From: Octopus sinensis
Lineage: Eukaryota
Reading direction: 5' to 3'
Length of the DNA: 64,000 nt
NCBI RefSeq assembly: GCF_006345805.1
Contig: NC_043001.1
Location: 128,712,001 to 128,776,000 of the forward strand
Of the stretch, positions 1-11,639 are shown piece after piece (position 1 is the first letter of the stretch; each line of letters begins with the position of its first letter). Under the pieces are notes generated by a model that saw only the letters and a list, made by a program, of their open reading frames with translations, was not told the DNA's origin and ran no database searches. The translations under genes and the position numbers were made by a program.

Positions 1-38
1 CCATGTTGGAAACTCATTTAAAAAAAAAAAAGATTATA

Positions 39-450
39 GGCGCGAGAGTGGCTGTGTGGTAAGTAGCTTGCTAACCAACCACATGGTTCCGGGTTCAGTC
101 CCACTGCGTGGCATCTTGGGCAAGTGTCTTCTGCTATAGCTCCAGGCCGAGCAATGCCTTGTGAGTGGATTTGGTAGACGGAAACTGAAAGAAGCCTGTC
201 GTATATATGTATATATATATGTATGCGTGTGTGTTTGTGTGTCTGTGTTTGTCCTCCTAGCATTGCTTGACAACCGATGCTGGTGTGTTTACGTCCCCGT
301 CACTTAGCGGTTCGGCAAAAAGAGACCGATAGAAAAAGCACTGGGCTTCCAAAGAATAAGTCCCGGGGTCGATTTGCTCGACTAAAGGCGGTGCTCCAGC
401 ATGGCCGCAGTCAAATGACTGAAACAAGTAAAAGAAGAAAGAAAAAAGAA
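39..450 (+). mobile_element. tRNA-derived SINE, family A (full length)
   Basis: A-box-like TGGCTGTGTGG (49-59), B-box-like GGTTCAGTCCC (92-102), internal (TA/TG) tract, 3' tail gtgctccagcatggccgcagtcaaatgactgaaacaagtaaaaga; many near-identical copies in the window. Confidence 0.92.
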
Positions 451-763
451 GATGTCTGACTCTTTTCTTAAAAGAAGAATGAGAAATACAGGATTGATTG
501 AACAAAAGGTTTTATTAAACTACAAACAGTACATGATACTTGTTTTTCTTGTTAGAATGAATCAGTGTTTTGTATTAAAGTAAGAATTTTGTAAGTGAAT
601 TGAAGCTTTTATTTAATGAACTCTTTACAAATCAAACAATTCCACAGCTGTGAAGGAAGTTTCACATGAAGGGAGTACAAATGGTTAGAGTCTTAAAACT
701 AAAACTAATGTTAATTGTAAAACTAGTGATTAGAAGAAGGTTTATATGGTTGATTAACACTTG

Positions 764-821
764 TTAAATCTGAATGGATTTATCCTTGGTGAGTATGGAT
801 AGTGTCTTCTGGGTGACATTG
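764..821 (-). CDS. FUZ: Fuzzy planar cell polarity protein, last coding exon ((R)NVTQKTLSILTKDKSIQI*)
   Basis: Acceptor ttttcattgcag, phase-2 start matching the preceding exon's CG end, TAA at 766-764; aligns by eye with the FUZ C-terminus (human GLRSLATHTLHALT); candidate polyA signals on minus near 608-613 and 510-515. Confidence 0.85.
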
Positions 822-921
822 CTGCAATGAAAAAGAAATGCCAAATAAATAAATAGATAAAGTATAGCTTGAATGTGTTATATAAGAGTAAAAAAATAAA
901 AATATAAACTACTTCATATAA

Positions 922-1232
922 GTTGCTCCAGTCCACTCAGCTGGCAAAAATGAGTAACACTGCAATGGACTGGCATCCCGTCCAGTGGTTAGGGTGTCAG
1001 CATCATGATCGTAAGATTGTGGTTTCGATTCCTGGACCGGGTGATGCATTGTGTTCTTGAGCAAAACACTTCATTTCAGTCCACTCAGCTGGCAAAAATG
1101 AGTAACGCTGTGATGGACTGGCATCCCGTCCAGCTGGGGAACACATAGGCCATAGAAACCGGGAAACCAGGTCCATGAGCCTGGCTAGGCTTTAAAAGGG
1201 CGCATGTCAAGTAGTTGCCCTACAAACCATGC
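922..1232 (+). mobile_element. Rearranged copy of family C SINE plus 28 bp of the flank of the copy at 1673
   Basis: Mosaic of segments of 1673-1925 joined at microhomologies; ends in tgtcaagtagttgccctacaaaccatgc, identical to 1933-1960. Confidence 0.85.
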
Positions 1233-1274
1233 TCAGATGAGATTAAATGATGTTCATATTTCTTGATGTAGAAA

Positions 1275-1520
1275 ACTGGTACTCCATCGGTTATGACAAT
1301 AAGGGTTTCAGTTGATCTGAACAATGGAGCAGCCTGATTGTGAAATTAACATGCAAGTGGCCAAGCACTTTGCAAACATGCATACTTTTAAAATAATTCT
1401 CAGGGGGATTCAATGTGACAAAGAGTGTGACAAGGCTGGCTCTTTGAAATACAGGTACTACTCATTTTTCCAGCTGAGTGGACTGGAGCAGTATTTTGCT
1501 CAAGGACAATACATCACTGC
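1275..1520 (-). mobile_element. Degenerate SINE, family D-related (CORE-like centre)
   Basis: Diverged match to the 3' domain of the family D copies plus the actcatttttccagctgagtggactggagc segment shared with family C. Confidence 0.7.
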
Positions 1521-1579
1521 TAAAGTAACTTTCAGTCTCTTTTCCATAAAAATGTTAACAGACAGTCTACTGTAGTCCC

Positions 1580-2065
1580 ACTCAGTTGAAAGGGATCTCA
1601 GTCTTACAAGATACATGACAACTTCACTATTGCTGGTGCCATGGAAAAATCACTCAGTATACTCTGTCAAGTGTGGAGGCACGTGGCTTAGTGGTTAGGG
1701 TGTCAGCATCATGATCGTAAGATTGTGGTTTCGATTCCTGGACCGGGCAACACGTTGTGTTCTTGAGCAAAACACTTCATTTCATGTTGCTCCAGTCCAC
1801 TCAGTTGGCAAAAATGAGCAACGCTGCGATGGACTGGCATCCCGTCCAGCTGGGGAACACATACGCCATAGAAACCGGGAAACCAGGTCCATGAGCCTGG
1901 CTAGGCTTTAAAAGGGCGCATTTATTATACTCTGTCAAGTAGTTGCCCTACAAACCATGCCAAAGGAGACATTGGTTCATGATGCAGTCCTCCGATCTGT
2001 TGGATTCCCTTAAATTATCCAACTCATGCCAGTATACAAGATAGATGCTAAAAGATGATGATTAC
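1580..2065 (+). mobile_element. Old family E repeat, split by the family C insertion
   Basis: Degenerate similarity to the family E body, ending in an aagatgatga tail. Confidence 0.5.
1673..1925 (+). mobile_element. tRNA-derived SINE, family C (CORE-like plus V-like domains)
   Basis: tRNA-like head gtggaggcacgtggcttagtggttagg...tttcgattcc; 15-bp TSD tatactctgtcaagt (1658-1672 / 1926-1940); domain names are from resemblance only. Confidence 0.9.
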
Positions 2066-2214
2066 TTACTTTCAATATCAAAGCATCTAATTTGATGTAA
2101 AGATTACTTTAGTGTAACTAGTTAACATGTCTGCCATAGGTACAGAAGTGTAGGTCAAGTTCCACAGTTAGCCTTCAGCTTTTTTCCTATCCAAGGGATT
2201 TTAATCCAATATAT

Positions 2215-2600
2215 TAATTTCAAATTTTGGGACAAAGCCATCAATTTTGGGGAAGGGAATAAATTGATTACTGGTACTTATTTTAGCGACCCTAAAAGGC
2301 TGAAAGGCAAAGTTGATTTCAGCAAAATTTGAACTCTGAACATAAATGCCACCAGGCATTTTGCCCAGTGTGCAAATGATTCTGCCAGCCCTTATACTGG
2401 TTTCGAATTTTGGCACAAGGCCAGCAATTTTGTGGAAGGAGCTAACGCAATTACATTGACTCCAGTGCTCAAATGCTACTTATTTTATCAACCCCAAAAG
2501 GATGAAAGGCAAAGTCAGCCTTGGCAGAATTTGAACTCAAAATGTAAATACTGCTAAGCATTTTGCTCAATATAATAATAATTCTGCCAGCTCGCCACCT
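2215..2600 (-). mobile_element. Two tandem older SINE B2 copies
   Basis: Shared core ggatgaaaggcaaagt...gaatttgaactc...ttctgccagc and the tail ttcaaattttggcacaagg. Confidence 0.8.
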
Positions 2601-2693
2601 TATTTTAACCCATTATATTACAAGCTAGTATTTATAGTAGTATTTTAGAAGCAGTTTTCTTAAAAGTGAAATATTATTGCACTAAAGACTTAC

Positions 2694-2826
2694 CGCATTG
2701 CATAGGTTGGAATATCATTGTTATAAAGAACAAAGAATTGATATGGAAGAGACTGAATTGCATAGCACTTGTGGGTATCAGTAGTAATGTAGGTCTCTGT
2801 AGCACTGTGGCTCAACTTGGAAGGAT
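2694..2826 (-). CDS. FUZ: Fuzzy penultimate exon ((D)PSKLSHSATETYITTDTHKCYAIQSLPYQFFVLYNNDIPTYAM(R))
   Basis: Acceptor ttttgccttgtag, donor CG|gtaagt, 133 nt, phase 1 in and phase 2 out, matching both neighbours; open frame. Confidence 0.88.
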
Positions 2827-2879
2827 CTACAAGGCAAAAAAAAAAAAAGATGTAGCAAGTAAATACAAAGTATCAAAAT

Positions 2880-2978
2880 AACCCTTTCTACTATAGGCAC
2901 AAGGCCTGAAATTTGGGTGGAGGGGACCAGTCGATTACATCAACCCCAGTGTGTAACTGGTCCTTAATTTATCAACCC
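2880..2978 (-). mobile_element. SINE B2 3' fragment
   Basis: cctttctactataggcacaaggcc...gtcgattacatcaaccccagtg...tttatcaaccc. Confidence 0.7.
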
Positions 2979-2979
2979 T

Positions 2980-3300
2980 TGCTGCCTGTGGCATTGTATC
3001 ATTCCCTCAGCTACTCAATTGTCCAAATACTGCAGTTCAAGACAGTAGCAATGAACCATGGATGTTGACCAGCATGGCGATGTCTGAGGGCGTGTTCCCT
3101 CTGATTTCGTGTCAGTCTTGGCATGCTTGCTGAGTTCAGGAAACAAATGACAGGCAGGTAAATTTGGGTGCCTTTTATATCCAATGAGTCAACGTTTTGC
3201 ACGAGCCTCATGCTTTTCATAAAATGCATTCACAAGCATTACCATATTCATGAAAAGTGAGCGAGTTGCAACCTTACATGCGATCCTTGTGTTTTCAAAA
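2980..3300 (-). pseudogene. Tc1-type transposase 5' remnant
   Basis: From ATG 3124: MPRLTRNQREHALRHRHAGQHPWFIATVLNCSIWTIE*LRE*YNATGS, resembling the Tc1 paired-like HTH N-terminus, with stops. Confidence 0.7.
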
Positions 3301-3400
3301 GAGAGATGTCAAATTATCTAGAAATCCATACACTCTCAATATCATGTGTGCAACAAATCTTTTACAGGGTGATGTTTCTTTTGTAGTTCAGCATATAATG

Positions 3401-3437
<37 letters not shown>

Positions 3438-3838
3438 CATCCTACGGTAATCATAATATAACTGTCCAAGGACTGAACAGAAAATACCTGATTTGAACAA
3501 AGTGTATATAATAATTAAATGAAAGTAAATTCCAGGAATTCTAATTCCAGCAAGCTTCAAATATATATATATTCATATTTTGTCTAAAACATGCCACCTT
3601 ATTAGTTCTGGTGACACAAATCAAATTCTCCCCAAAAATTCTATTTTACTAAACTAACTACTATACAAGCTTGTACATAACTATTTCAATTTCACTATTG
3701 TACTATTGTACATAACTATTAAACTTCACTAATTAATGGTGACTCCCTGTAGTAAAAATGGAACCAGAAAAAAATTAGAATTTTCAAAAACAAATAAAAT
3801 CATCTTCAAAGTGAAATAAAACTTTCTCTTTGAAATAC

Positions 3839-3937
3839 CTGTGTTGCTCTGATCAACAGTTGAGGCAAAAAACGAGCCAATAATCTGATGGTAGAAGCTT
3901 CGTAAGATTTCTATCCGTTCCTTTCGGGATAAAGTTG
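3839..3937 (-). CDS. FUZ: Fuzzy internal exon ((A)TLSRKERIEILRSFYHQIIGSFFASTVDQSNT(G/D junction))
   Basis: Acceptor ttattatatttccag, donor CAG|gtattt, 99 nt phase 1-1; resembles human FUZ EQRRRLLRNFYTLVTSTHF. Confidence 0.88.
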
Positions 3938-4069
3938 CTGGAAATATAATAAAAATAGAAGAAATTAAGTCTCTGGAATTTAGTGTTATTTTCCCTTCCA
4001 CTGTGATTTTTTTTCTTTATGTTCTTCAAGTTAGGCAGGAAAACTGGGTTAATATTTTGTTATTGCATA

Positions 4070-4474
4070 CAAGAGTGGCTGTGTGGTAAGTAGCTTGCTA
4101 ACCAACCACATGGTTCTGGGTTCAGTCCCACTGCGTGGCATCTTGGGCAAGTGTCTTCTGCTATAGCCCCGGGCTGACCAATGCCTTGTGAGTGGATTTG
4201 GTAGATGGAAACTGAAAGAAGCTTGTCGTATATATGTATATATATATATATATGTATGTGTGTGTTTGTGTGTCTGTGTTTGTCCCCCTAGCATTGCTTG
4301 ACAACCGATGCTGGTGTGTTTACGTCCCCGTCACTTAGCGGTTCGGCAAAAGAGGCCGATAGAATAAGTACTGGGCTTACAAAGAATAAGTCCCGGGGTC
4401 GATTTGCTCGACTAAAGGCGGTGCTCCAGCATGGCCACAGTCAAATGACTGAAACAAGTAAAAGAGTAAAGAGA
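4070..4474 (+). mobile_element. SINE family A
   Basis: Near-identical to 39-450. Confidence 0.92.
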
Positions 4475-4518
4475 GTATAATAATGCATTGAGAAAAAGAA
4501 ATTAAAGCAGAAACTGGG

Positions 4519-4560
<42 letters not shown>

Positions 4561-4562
<2 letters not shown>

Positions 4563-4765
4563 TGGCACCTGTGTCGGTGGCACATAAAAAGCACCCACTA
4601 CACTCTCGGAGTGGTTGGCGTTAGGAAGGGCATCCAGCCGTAGAAACACTGCCAGATCTGACTGGCCTGGTGCAGCCTTCGAGCTTGCCAGACCCCAGTT
4701 GAACCGTCCAACCCATGCTAGCATGGAAAGCGGACGTTAAACGATGATGATGATGATGATGATGA
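4561..4765 (+). mobile_element. SINE family E (RTE-like (GAT)n tail)
   Basis: ggcgttaggaagggcatccagcc...gcatggaaagcggacgttaaacgatgatgatg; copies at 15489 and 24596. Confidence 0.85.
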
Positions 4766-5402
4766 TATATATATATAAGAATGATCAGAAAATAAGAAAA
4801 GCAGGAAAAGAAAATCCATTGGCTTCCATTTCTGAAAATTCAAGCATTGGCCAGAAAACCTTTTATCCATCAACCAGAAGCACCACAGGTTGTTCAATAA
4901 AAAAACATACATATTGTTTATAGTCACATAGAAAACAGCACAAGCCTGATGGCTTGGAGCAATAGACCTAATTGCATACAAAGTCACATCAAACTGAACA
5001 CAAGCATTTACAGCAGCATGACATCCTGATTACCAAAAGGCATATACCTTTCAAAGGCAATAGCATACTGAGGTAAAGCACAATCTGAAGATGGTGTGAA
5101 GAGGGAATATAGAAAGCTGACAAGAAACATATTTAATATCAGATGCGCACAACTCAACCACACTTTCAGAAACAGAAGTAAAAGATATAAACCTTACTAT
5201 TCCAGTATACTTGGACCTTAATGAAAAACAGAGATGGAGTCTCTGCATAGTTGCTTAAATTGCTAAAAACAGTAGTTCAATTCTTTCAAATCATTTCTTC
5301 CGATTTTACAAAAAGGCTACATTGGACAATATATTTGTATATACACAAAGAAGAGTTTCATGGCCAGCATGCTTTTGATCACTAAAAATATTGTTAAAAT
5401 GT

Positions 5403-5610
5403 TGGTTTCAAATTTTGGCACAAGGCCAGCATTTTCAAAGGAAGGGATAAGTTGATTACATTGACCCCAGTGTTCAGCAGGTACTTATTTTACATACCCC
5501 AAAATGATGAAAGGCAGAGTCGACCTTGGCAGAATTTGAATTCAGAAGATAGAGGAAATGCTGTTAAACATTTTGCCCAGCAAGCTAACAATTCTGCCAG
5601 CCGGCCACTT
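5403..5610 (-). mobile_element. SINE B2
   Basis: Same core and tail as the other B2 copies. Confidence 0.8.
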
Positions 5611-5692
5611 TCCCCAGCTCTTTTTAATTTAAAAAATACCCTTCTACCTCTTATACAAGCATTTATGCAGAAAGACTTAAATACATATATAT

Positions 5693-6068
5693 TCTCTTTT
5701 ACTCTTTACTTGTTTCAGTCATTTGACTGCGGCCATGCTGGAGCACTGCCTTTAATCGAGCAACTCGACCCTGGGACTTATTTTTTTGTAAGCCCAGTAC
5801 TTATTCTATCGGTCTCTTTTGCCGAACTGCTAAGTAACGAGGATATAAACACACCAGCAATGCTAGGGGGACAAACACAGACACACGCATATATATAAAC
5901 ATATATACGACAGGCTTCTTTCAGTTTCCGTCTACCAAATCCACTTACAAGGCTTTGGTCAGCCCGAGGCTATAGCAGAAGACACTTGCTCAAGGTGCCA
6001 CGCAGTGGGACTGAACCCGGAACCATGTGGTTGGTAAACAAGCTACTTACCACACAGCCACTCCTGCG
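5693..6068 (-). mobile_element. SINE family A (small internal deletion)
   Basis: Reverse complement of family A; head ends ccacacagccactcctgcg. Confidence 0.9.
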
Positions 6069-7184
6069 TATATATTCACAAACTTACAAATATTCACATA
6101 TATATATATACATGCTAAAATGGAAGCATAAACTCAATCATTTCCTCACACACACACACACACAACATATACATACATGCACGTATGCACACACATTCTG
6201 GTGTAGAGTATATAAAATTCTCATCACTAAATCAAACCGTGTGAACTGCACCAGGTGTGTGCATGCATGTGCATATATGCATATTTATGCCAATACATGT
6301 GTGTGTACAGTTATGTGTGTATGAGTGCAGAGACTTCAGATTGACATGAGCATAGAACATCCAGGAAGTTGACTGTGGAAAACTTTGCTTGACACCCTCC
6401 CCCGTCAACCTATACCCCCACCAAGAAGAGTATGAATTTTAGTGAAACCTTTCTTTGAGGTTACAAGAGATCACAATAAATTTCTTAATTCCATTTACTA
6501 TACTCAATATTCCATTATTATTGATTTCTTTTTTTTTTTTTTTTTTTTTTGCTTCTTATTCTTCTATGCTGAAATAGTTAACTGTAAAAGAATCTGATAA
6601 GAATTGGGTTACAGAAGAGGAATAGACAAATGTAAATAAATAAATAGACAAAAAAAAGTTAAGGACAAAAAAAAAAAATGAACATTAAAATATAGAAGCA
6701 AAAAAAAATGATGGCGCGAGCATGAAATGTTACTAATTGGTGTTCCACTTTCAGTATCCAATACACCTACCCCAATCTCATTCCTTAACACATCCCCTCT
6801 CAGTCGCTCTCCTCCACAACCCACCATCACCTTTAGTCGTCATCATCATCATCATCATCATTAGTTGCAGCAACAATATTAATAATGGAATTGTTTCAGT
6901 TACTTTCACGCCATCTTTGTAATCATTATCATCAATATCATCGTTATCATTAATTATCGACAGCATTAAAATTATTGCTGTATTCATCATTGTCATTATT
7001 GCTGTAATCGTTATGTACTTGCCGTTAGGTATGGTGCATCAAAAACATATATATATGTATATAAAAAACACATTAACCCCAGTAAAAAAAAAAAAAAAAA
7101 ACAACAACCATTATAACATATAATCGCAATGAAAAAAAAATGATAATCTGTTTCTCATTTAAATATGCAGGAGAGGTTAGTCAA

Positions 7185-7345
7185 TTAAATTGACCCCAGT
7201 ATTTGACAGGTACTTTATTTTATTGACACCCCAGAAATATGAAATGCAAAGCCTGACCTCAGTTGGATTTGAACTAAGAACGTAAAGAGCTGAAAGAACT
7301 ACTGCAAGAAAGTTTGCCTAATGCTCTAACAATTCTGCCAAGCCA
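7185..7345 (-). mobile_element. SINE B2, degenerate
   Basis: ttgaccccagtatttgacaggtactttattttattgac...atttgaactaagaac...ttctgccaag. Confidence 0.65.
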
Positions 7346-7349
7346 CCAG

Positions 7350-7364
7350 CCTAATAACATAATA

Positions 7365-7407
<43 letters not shown>

Positions 7408-7421
7408 TAACAATCATCATC

Positions 7422-7455
<34 letters not shown>

Positions 7456-7545
7456 TAACAATCATCATCATAATAATAATAATAATAATAATAACAATAA
7501 CAATCATCACCATCATAATAATAATATAATAATAATAATTATTAT
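7350..7545. repeat. (AAT)n/(CAT)n compound microsatellite
   Basis: Directly visible. Confidence 0.95.
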
Positions 7546-7601
7546 TTCTTTTATTTGTCACAAGCGCAATAATGACAAATATAATATTGTCTGCAAGTTC
7601 A

Positions 7602-7820
7602 AGGCAGTGAGCAGGCAGAATTGTTAGCACATGGGGCAAAATGCTTGGCAGCATTTCGTTCGTCTTTAGGTTTTGAGTTCAAATTTCACCGAGGTTGATT
7701 TTGCCTTTCATCCTTTCAGAGTCAATAAAATAAGTACCTGCTGAATACTGGGGCCGATGTAATTGACTTAGCCCGTTCCTTGAAATTGCTGGCCTTTTTG
7801 TCAAAATTTGAAGCCAATAT
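7602..7820 (+). mobile_element. SINE B2
   Basis: ggcagtgagcaggcagaattgttagc...gagttcaaatttcacc...tcaaaatttgaagcc. Confidence 0.8.
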
Positions 7821-7899
7821 TGTCTGCATGTGTGAAAGTACCAAGAAAATACATTGACTACCAGAAGAAGCAAAGAGCAAACAAAATGTAAAGGAATTA

Positions 7900-8510
7900 A
7901 AGATAACCGAAACAGGCTCAAATAAGAGAAACAAAAGAACCAACTGTGAAAGCAAAATAAAACGTACAAGCCAAATCAAATGGAATCTCAGAGCTATGTA
8001 AGAGATGGGAAAGTAAGAAAGACATTACGTGGCAAATACCCTACAAAGACCAGTGATCCTGATGTTGATACAAATATGACACATCGTTGCATCTGGACTT
8101 AAATTGGAAACAGAGGGCGTCATTATAGCATTTCAGGATCAGTGTCTAATCACCAGAAACTACCAAGTAAACATTATTAAAAATGGTGCTGATTCTGCTT
8201 GCCGCTTTTGTGGTACAGCCAGAGAAACAAGTGACCACCTCATCACTGGATGCTCTGTGTTAGCTTCAAATGAATATATTCATCACCATAACAGTCTTGG
8301 CCAGAATTTGCACTGGATCATATGTCATAAGTCTGGAGTTCTATAGGAAACAACAGGTAGGGACATATGCCTGCCAAAATCGAAAATAAGATATCATCAT
8401 TGTTTGGGACTTAAGTATTCAAATTGATTGAACTATTCAGGCCTACAACCCAGATATTGTGATAAAAAAAATTACATTGACAACACATGTATGCTTCATT
8501 GATGCGTTTT
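7900..8510 (+). pseudogene. Dong/R4-clade non-LTR retrotransposon ORF remnant (CCHC finger plus restriction-like endonuclease)
   Basis: SGLKLETEGVIIAFQDQCLITRNY...CRFCGTARETSDHLITGCSVLASNEYIHHHN...WDLSIQ...NPDIVI; CCHC and PD motifs typical of RLE LINEs; frameshifts and stops. Confidence 0.85.
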
Positions 8511-8934
8511 GTCATAGAAGCAGCTGGCTAAGTAATTCTCAAGGTTAGTAGATGTGAATGTTACATACTGATATCTACATATGGTTGTGTTTGATAACAT
8601 GGGTTCAAATCTTGTTGGTTTCTATAATTTATCTGCTACTGGGGGTATGAAAAATGCTTCCAGTACATATAAAGTAATTAGCAAATGTGCAGTATCAGAT
8701 TGTGAAGTCTATTTAAAGCTGTCACACCAGGTATCATTTAATCTCTCTATATTTGGTACTATGGAAAAATATACCCAGCACATTGTGTAAAGTGGTACAT
8801 ACAAGCACTAGTCTTAAGGAGCAGCATTTAGATATGTATGATGCGTATTTTAAAGATCTAACAATTATAATGACTCTTGCTTTTTTACCCCTTTCTTTTA
8901 ATTGTTCTAACTGTTGCTTCATGTATATTAAAAT

Positions 8935-9293
8935 TGATACAAAGTTTGTCAAAAAATTTCAGTAACAAAGAAAATGGTTCTGACATTCTTTCATCATCAG
9001 ATGAGGCAGATGATGATGATGATGGTCTAGACAGCATAGAAGAAAGTAATGCTTCAACTAACTCAGGATGGAAGAAGTCCACCAATTTTTCTCCAGCTGA
9101 GTGGATTGGAGAAAAATATTGAATAAGTAAAAATAAAAGAAAGCTCGTAAAATGGAAAAATTAAATGTAGATTATGAAGAGGTGGTTCTGTCTAAGTAAA
9201 GTACTCACCATCCAACAAAATACCAAAATTGTGCTGTAGTGAAATTAACAAACTGAGTACCATGGAAACCAAGGGACAACTGTGCACGTGTGT
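8935..9293 (+). repeat. Local duplication of 10251-10669
   Basis: ~90% identical; this copy lacks ~58 bp after gtaccatggaaa. Confidence 0.9.
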
Positions 9294-9526
9294 ATGTGAT
9301 ATAAGTAATTTAAAATTGGGTCTGCATGGGTTGCTACTTGAAGTTTCTCATTTCTTACAGGTTTTAACTTTAAATAAATAATGCTATTTCACTCTACCTA
9401 ACAGCATTGAGTAGTTTTTGTTAAATTGCAATTCACATACATACATGTATATACACACACACATAGTAAGTTGCAAGTCCAAGTAATATCATGAACAAAA
9501 TAAGAGTGCTCAAGATATATTGTAGA

Positions 9527-9851
9527 GTGAAGCCACATGACTTAGTGGTTAGAGTATTTGGCTCACAATTGTACTGTCATGAGTTTAATTCCTGATGCCT
9601 TGTTGTTTCCTTAAACAAGACACTTTATTTCATGTTGCTCCCATCCACTCAGCTGGGAAAAATGAGTTGTACCCATATTTCTAAGGGCCAGCTTTGTCAC
9701 ATTGTGTGTCACACTGAATCTCCCCGAGAACTATGTTAAGTGTATGCATGTCTGTGGAGTACTCTGCCACTTGCACGTTAATTTTACCAGCAAGCTGTTC
9801 TATTGCTTGGATCAACTGGAACACTCATTGTCACAGTTGACACGGTGCCAG
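9527..9851 (+). mobile_element. Old SINE, family D-related
   Basis: tRNA-like head, CORE-like centre, tgtgtcacactgaatctccccgagaactatgttaag 3' domain. Confidence 0.75.
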
Positions 9852-9879
9852 TAGAGTGACATTTATTGTGGTCAGAATT

Positions 9880-11069
9880 AGCATATTATTGCATCGCTTA
9901 AAAATTCAAGTTCACATCAAAATCTTTGCTGAGACATGCAACTCCTTGTTTATGTGAGGTTTATTAACACTTAAATGGTGCATCATCAATTAACGTTTCA
10001 TTAGAGAAAAGAAGACACCAATTGATGTTTCATTAGGAAAAAGAAGATATCATCAATCGATATTTCAAAAACTTTACATGGATATAGCCGTTGCCAGTTG
10101 ATGCCCAAGTATCTACTTCATCAAATACACCTCAATGTAAGAAGCTCTTATCAGTGGGAAAAATTTAGTTAGAAATAGAATACTGATATTGTAAGAAGAT
10201 AGTTCTGACATTCTTTCATCACCAGATGAGGTAGATGATGATGATGATGATGATACAAAGTTTGTCAAAACCTTTCAGTAATGAAGAAAATGGTTCTGAC
10301 ATTCTTTCATCATCAGATGAGGCAGATGATGATGATGATGCTCTAGACAGCATAGAAGAAAGTAATGCTTCAACTAACTCAGGATGGAAGAAGTCCACTA
10401 ATTTTTCTCCAGCTGAGTGGATTGGAGAAAAATATCGAATAAGTAAAAATAAAAGAAAGCTTGTAAAATAGAGAAACTGAATGTAGATTATGAAGGGGTG
10501 ATTCTGTCAATGTAAAGTACTCACCACCCAACAATATACCAAAATTGTGCTAAAGTGAAACTAACAAACTGAGTACCATGGAAAACCTGGCAAACCAAAT
10601 GAGACCATAACCTCGTGGCCTATGCCAGGGGCGTAACTAGCCCACCAAGGGACAACTGTGCACATGTGTAAATATGAGTGTGTATGCAACGACCCAGGAC
10701 TCTGTCAAGGCCCTGTGATCAGAATGAGTACGTCGAAATGCTTAGAGGGTATTATGTCTGTCTTTATGTTCTGAGTAATGCTTTAACTAACACTGAATGG
10801 AAGAAGTCCGCCAGTTTTTCTCCATTTGTAAGTTTGTTTGACAATAATACAGGAATCTCAAATGAATTTATGTTCGTGTTGGATATGCAACAGAAAGTGA
10901 ATACTTTTCGGAATTTTTTGCCAATGAGATTGTAAGTTTTCGTAAATTTTGTACTTATTTACAGAGAAAATATGCATAAAAATTACCCTTAAAGGAAAAG
11001 TTATTTTTTGTTTTTTGCCTGTTTGGCACACACATTAGTGCAACACTTTCCTGCTGTATAAAGGTTAAC
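9880..11069 (+). mobile_element. piggyBac-like relic (transposase N-terminus plus right end)
   Basis: Acidic SSDEADDDDD...WKKSASFSPF...FDNNTGISNEF...ATESEYFSEFFANEIV resembles PGBD N-termini; ends ...gtataaaggttaa (TTAA); left end not found. Confidence 0.4.
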
Positions 11070-11430
11070 TCCCTCAGATCAGATAATTTATCATGTGAAA
11101 TTTTTTTCAAATTCTAACATTTTTGAATAAATTATCATTATAAATTACTATTTTCTAATAGTAATTTTTATTGTGCGCTTTGATTGTACAACTAAGCATA
11201 GCTGTATGCATGCAGTATCTACTGGTGCAATTCTTTTGCATGTTATGATGGTATACTCACTACCATCTTAACCTCTCTTTCCAACCACTCACACCCTTCC
11301 TTATATAATGCAGGCTCACCAGTAAGATACCAGTTCCTGTGTCTCTATCATAGTTTAATCACTCCACAACTTACATAAAACCAACTCTCTCTCTACCACT
11401 ACACCCCCATTCAATCAAGGACTTTTTCTC

Positions 11431-11614
11431 TGCCTAGTGAGTTACTTGGTGACCTCACTCATGCTGGTGCCCTGAAAAGAGCACCCAGTAGACTCTGTAG
11501 AGTGGTTGGCATTGGGAAGGGTATCCAACCAAATTAATCGTGCCAAAGCAGACATTGGAGTTTGACAATAAATTGTCCAACCCATGCTGCCATGGAAGAT
11601 AGATGATGATGATG
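11431..11614 (+). mobile_element. Degenerate family E repeat
   Basis: gagtggttggcattgggaagggtatcc...tgtccaacccatgc...gatgatgatg. Confidence 0.65.
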
Positions 11615-11639
11615 TATATGAGTTTTTGCCTATGTATTT

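Noticed and set aside
18-505. ORFs MLGGQTQTHKH..., MSSNAR..., MTTDAGVF... recurring many times
   Set aside because: They are translations of SINE family A copies, not genes
1673-1750. tRNA genes at SINE heads
   Set aside because: A/B boxes are present, but there is no complete cloverleaf and each continues into a SINE body
5048-5084. 37-nt minus-strand exon candidate as the next FUZ exon
   Set aside because: Good splice sites, but neither open frame (IVLYLSMLLPLK, DCALPQYAIAFE) matches the expected FUZ segment
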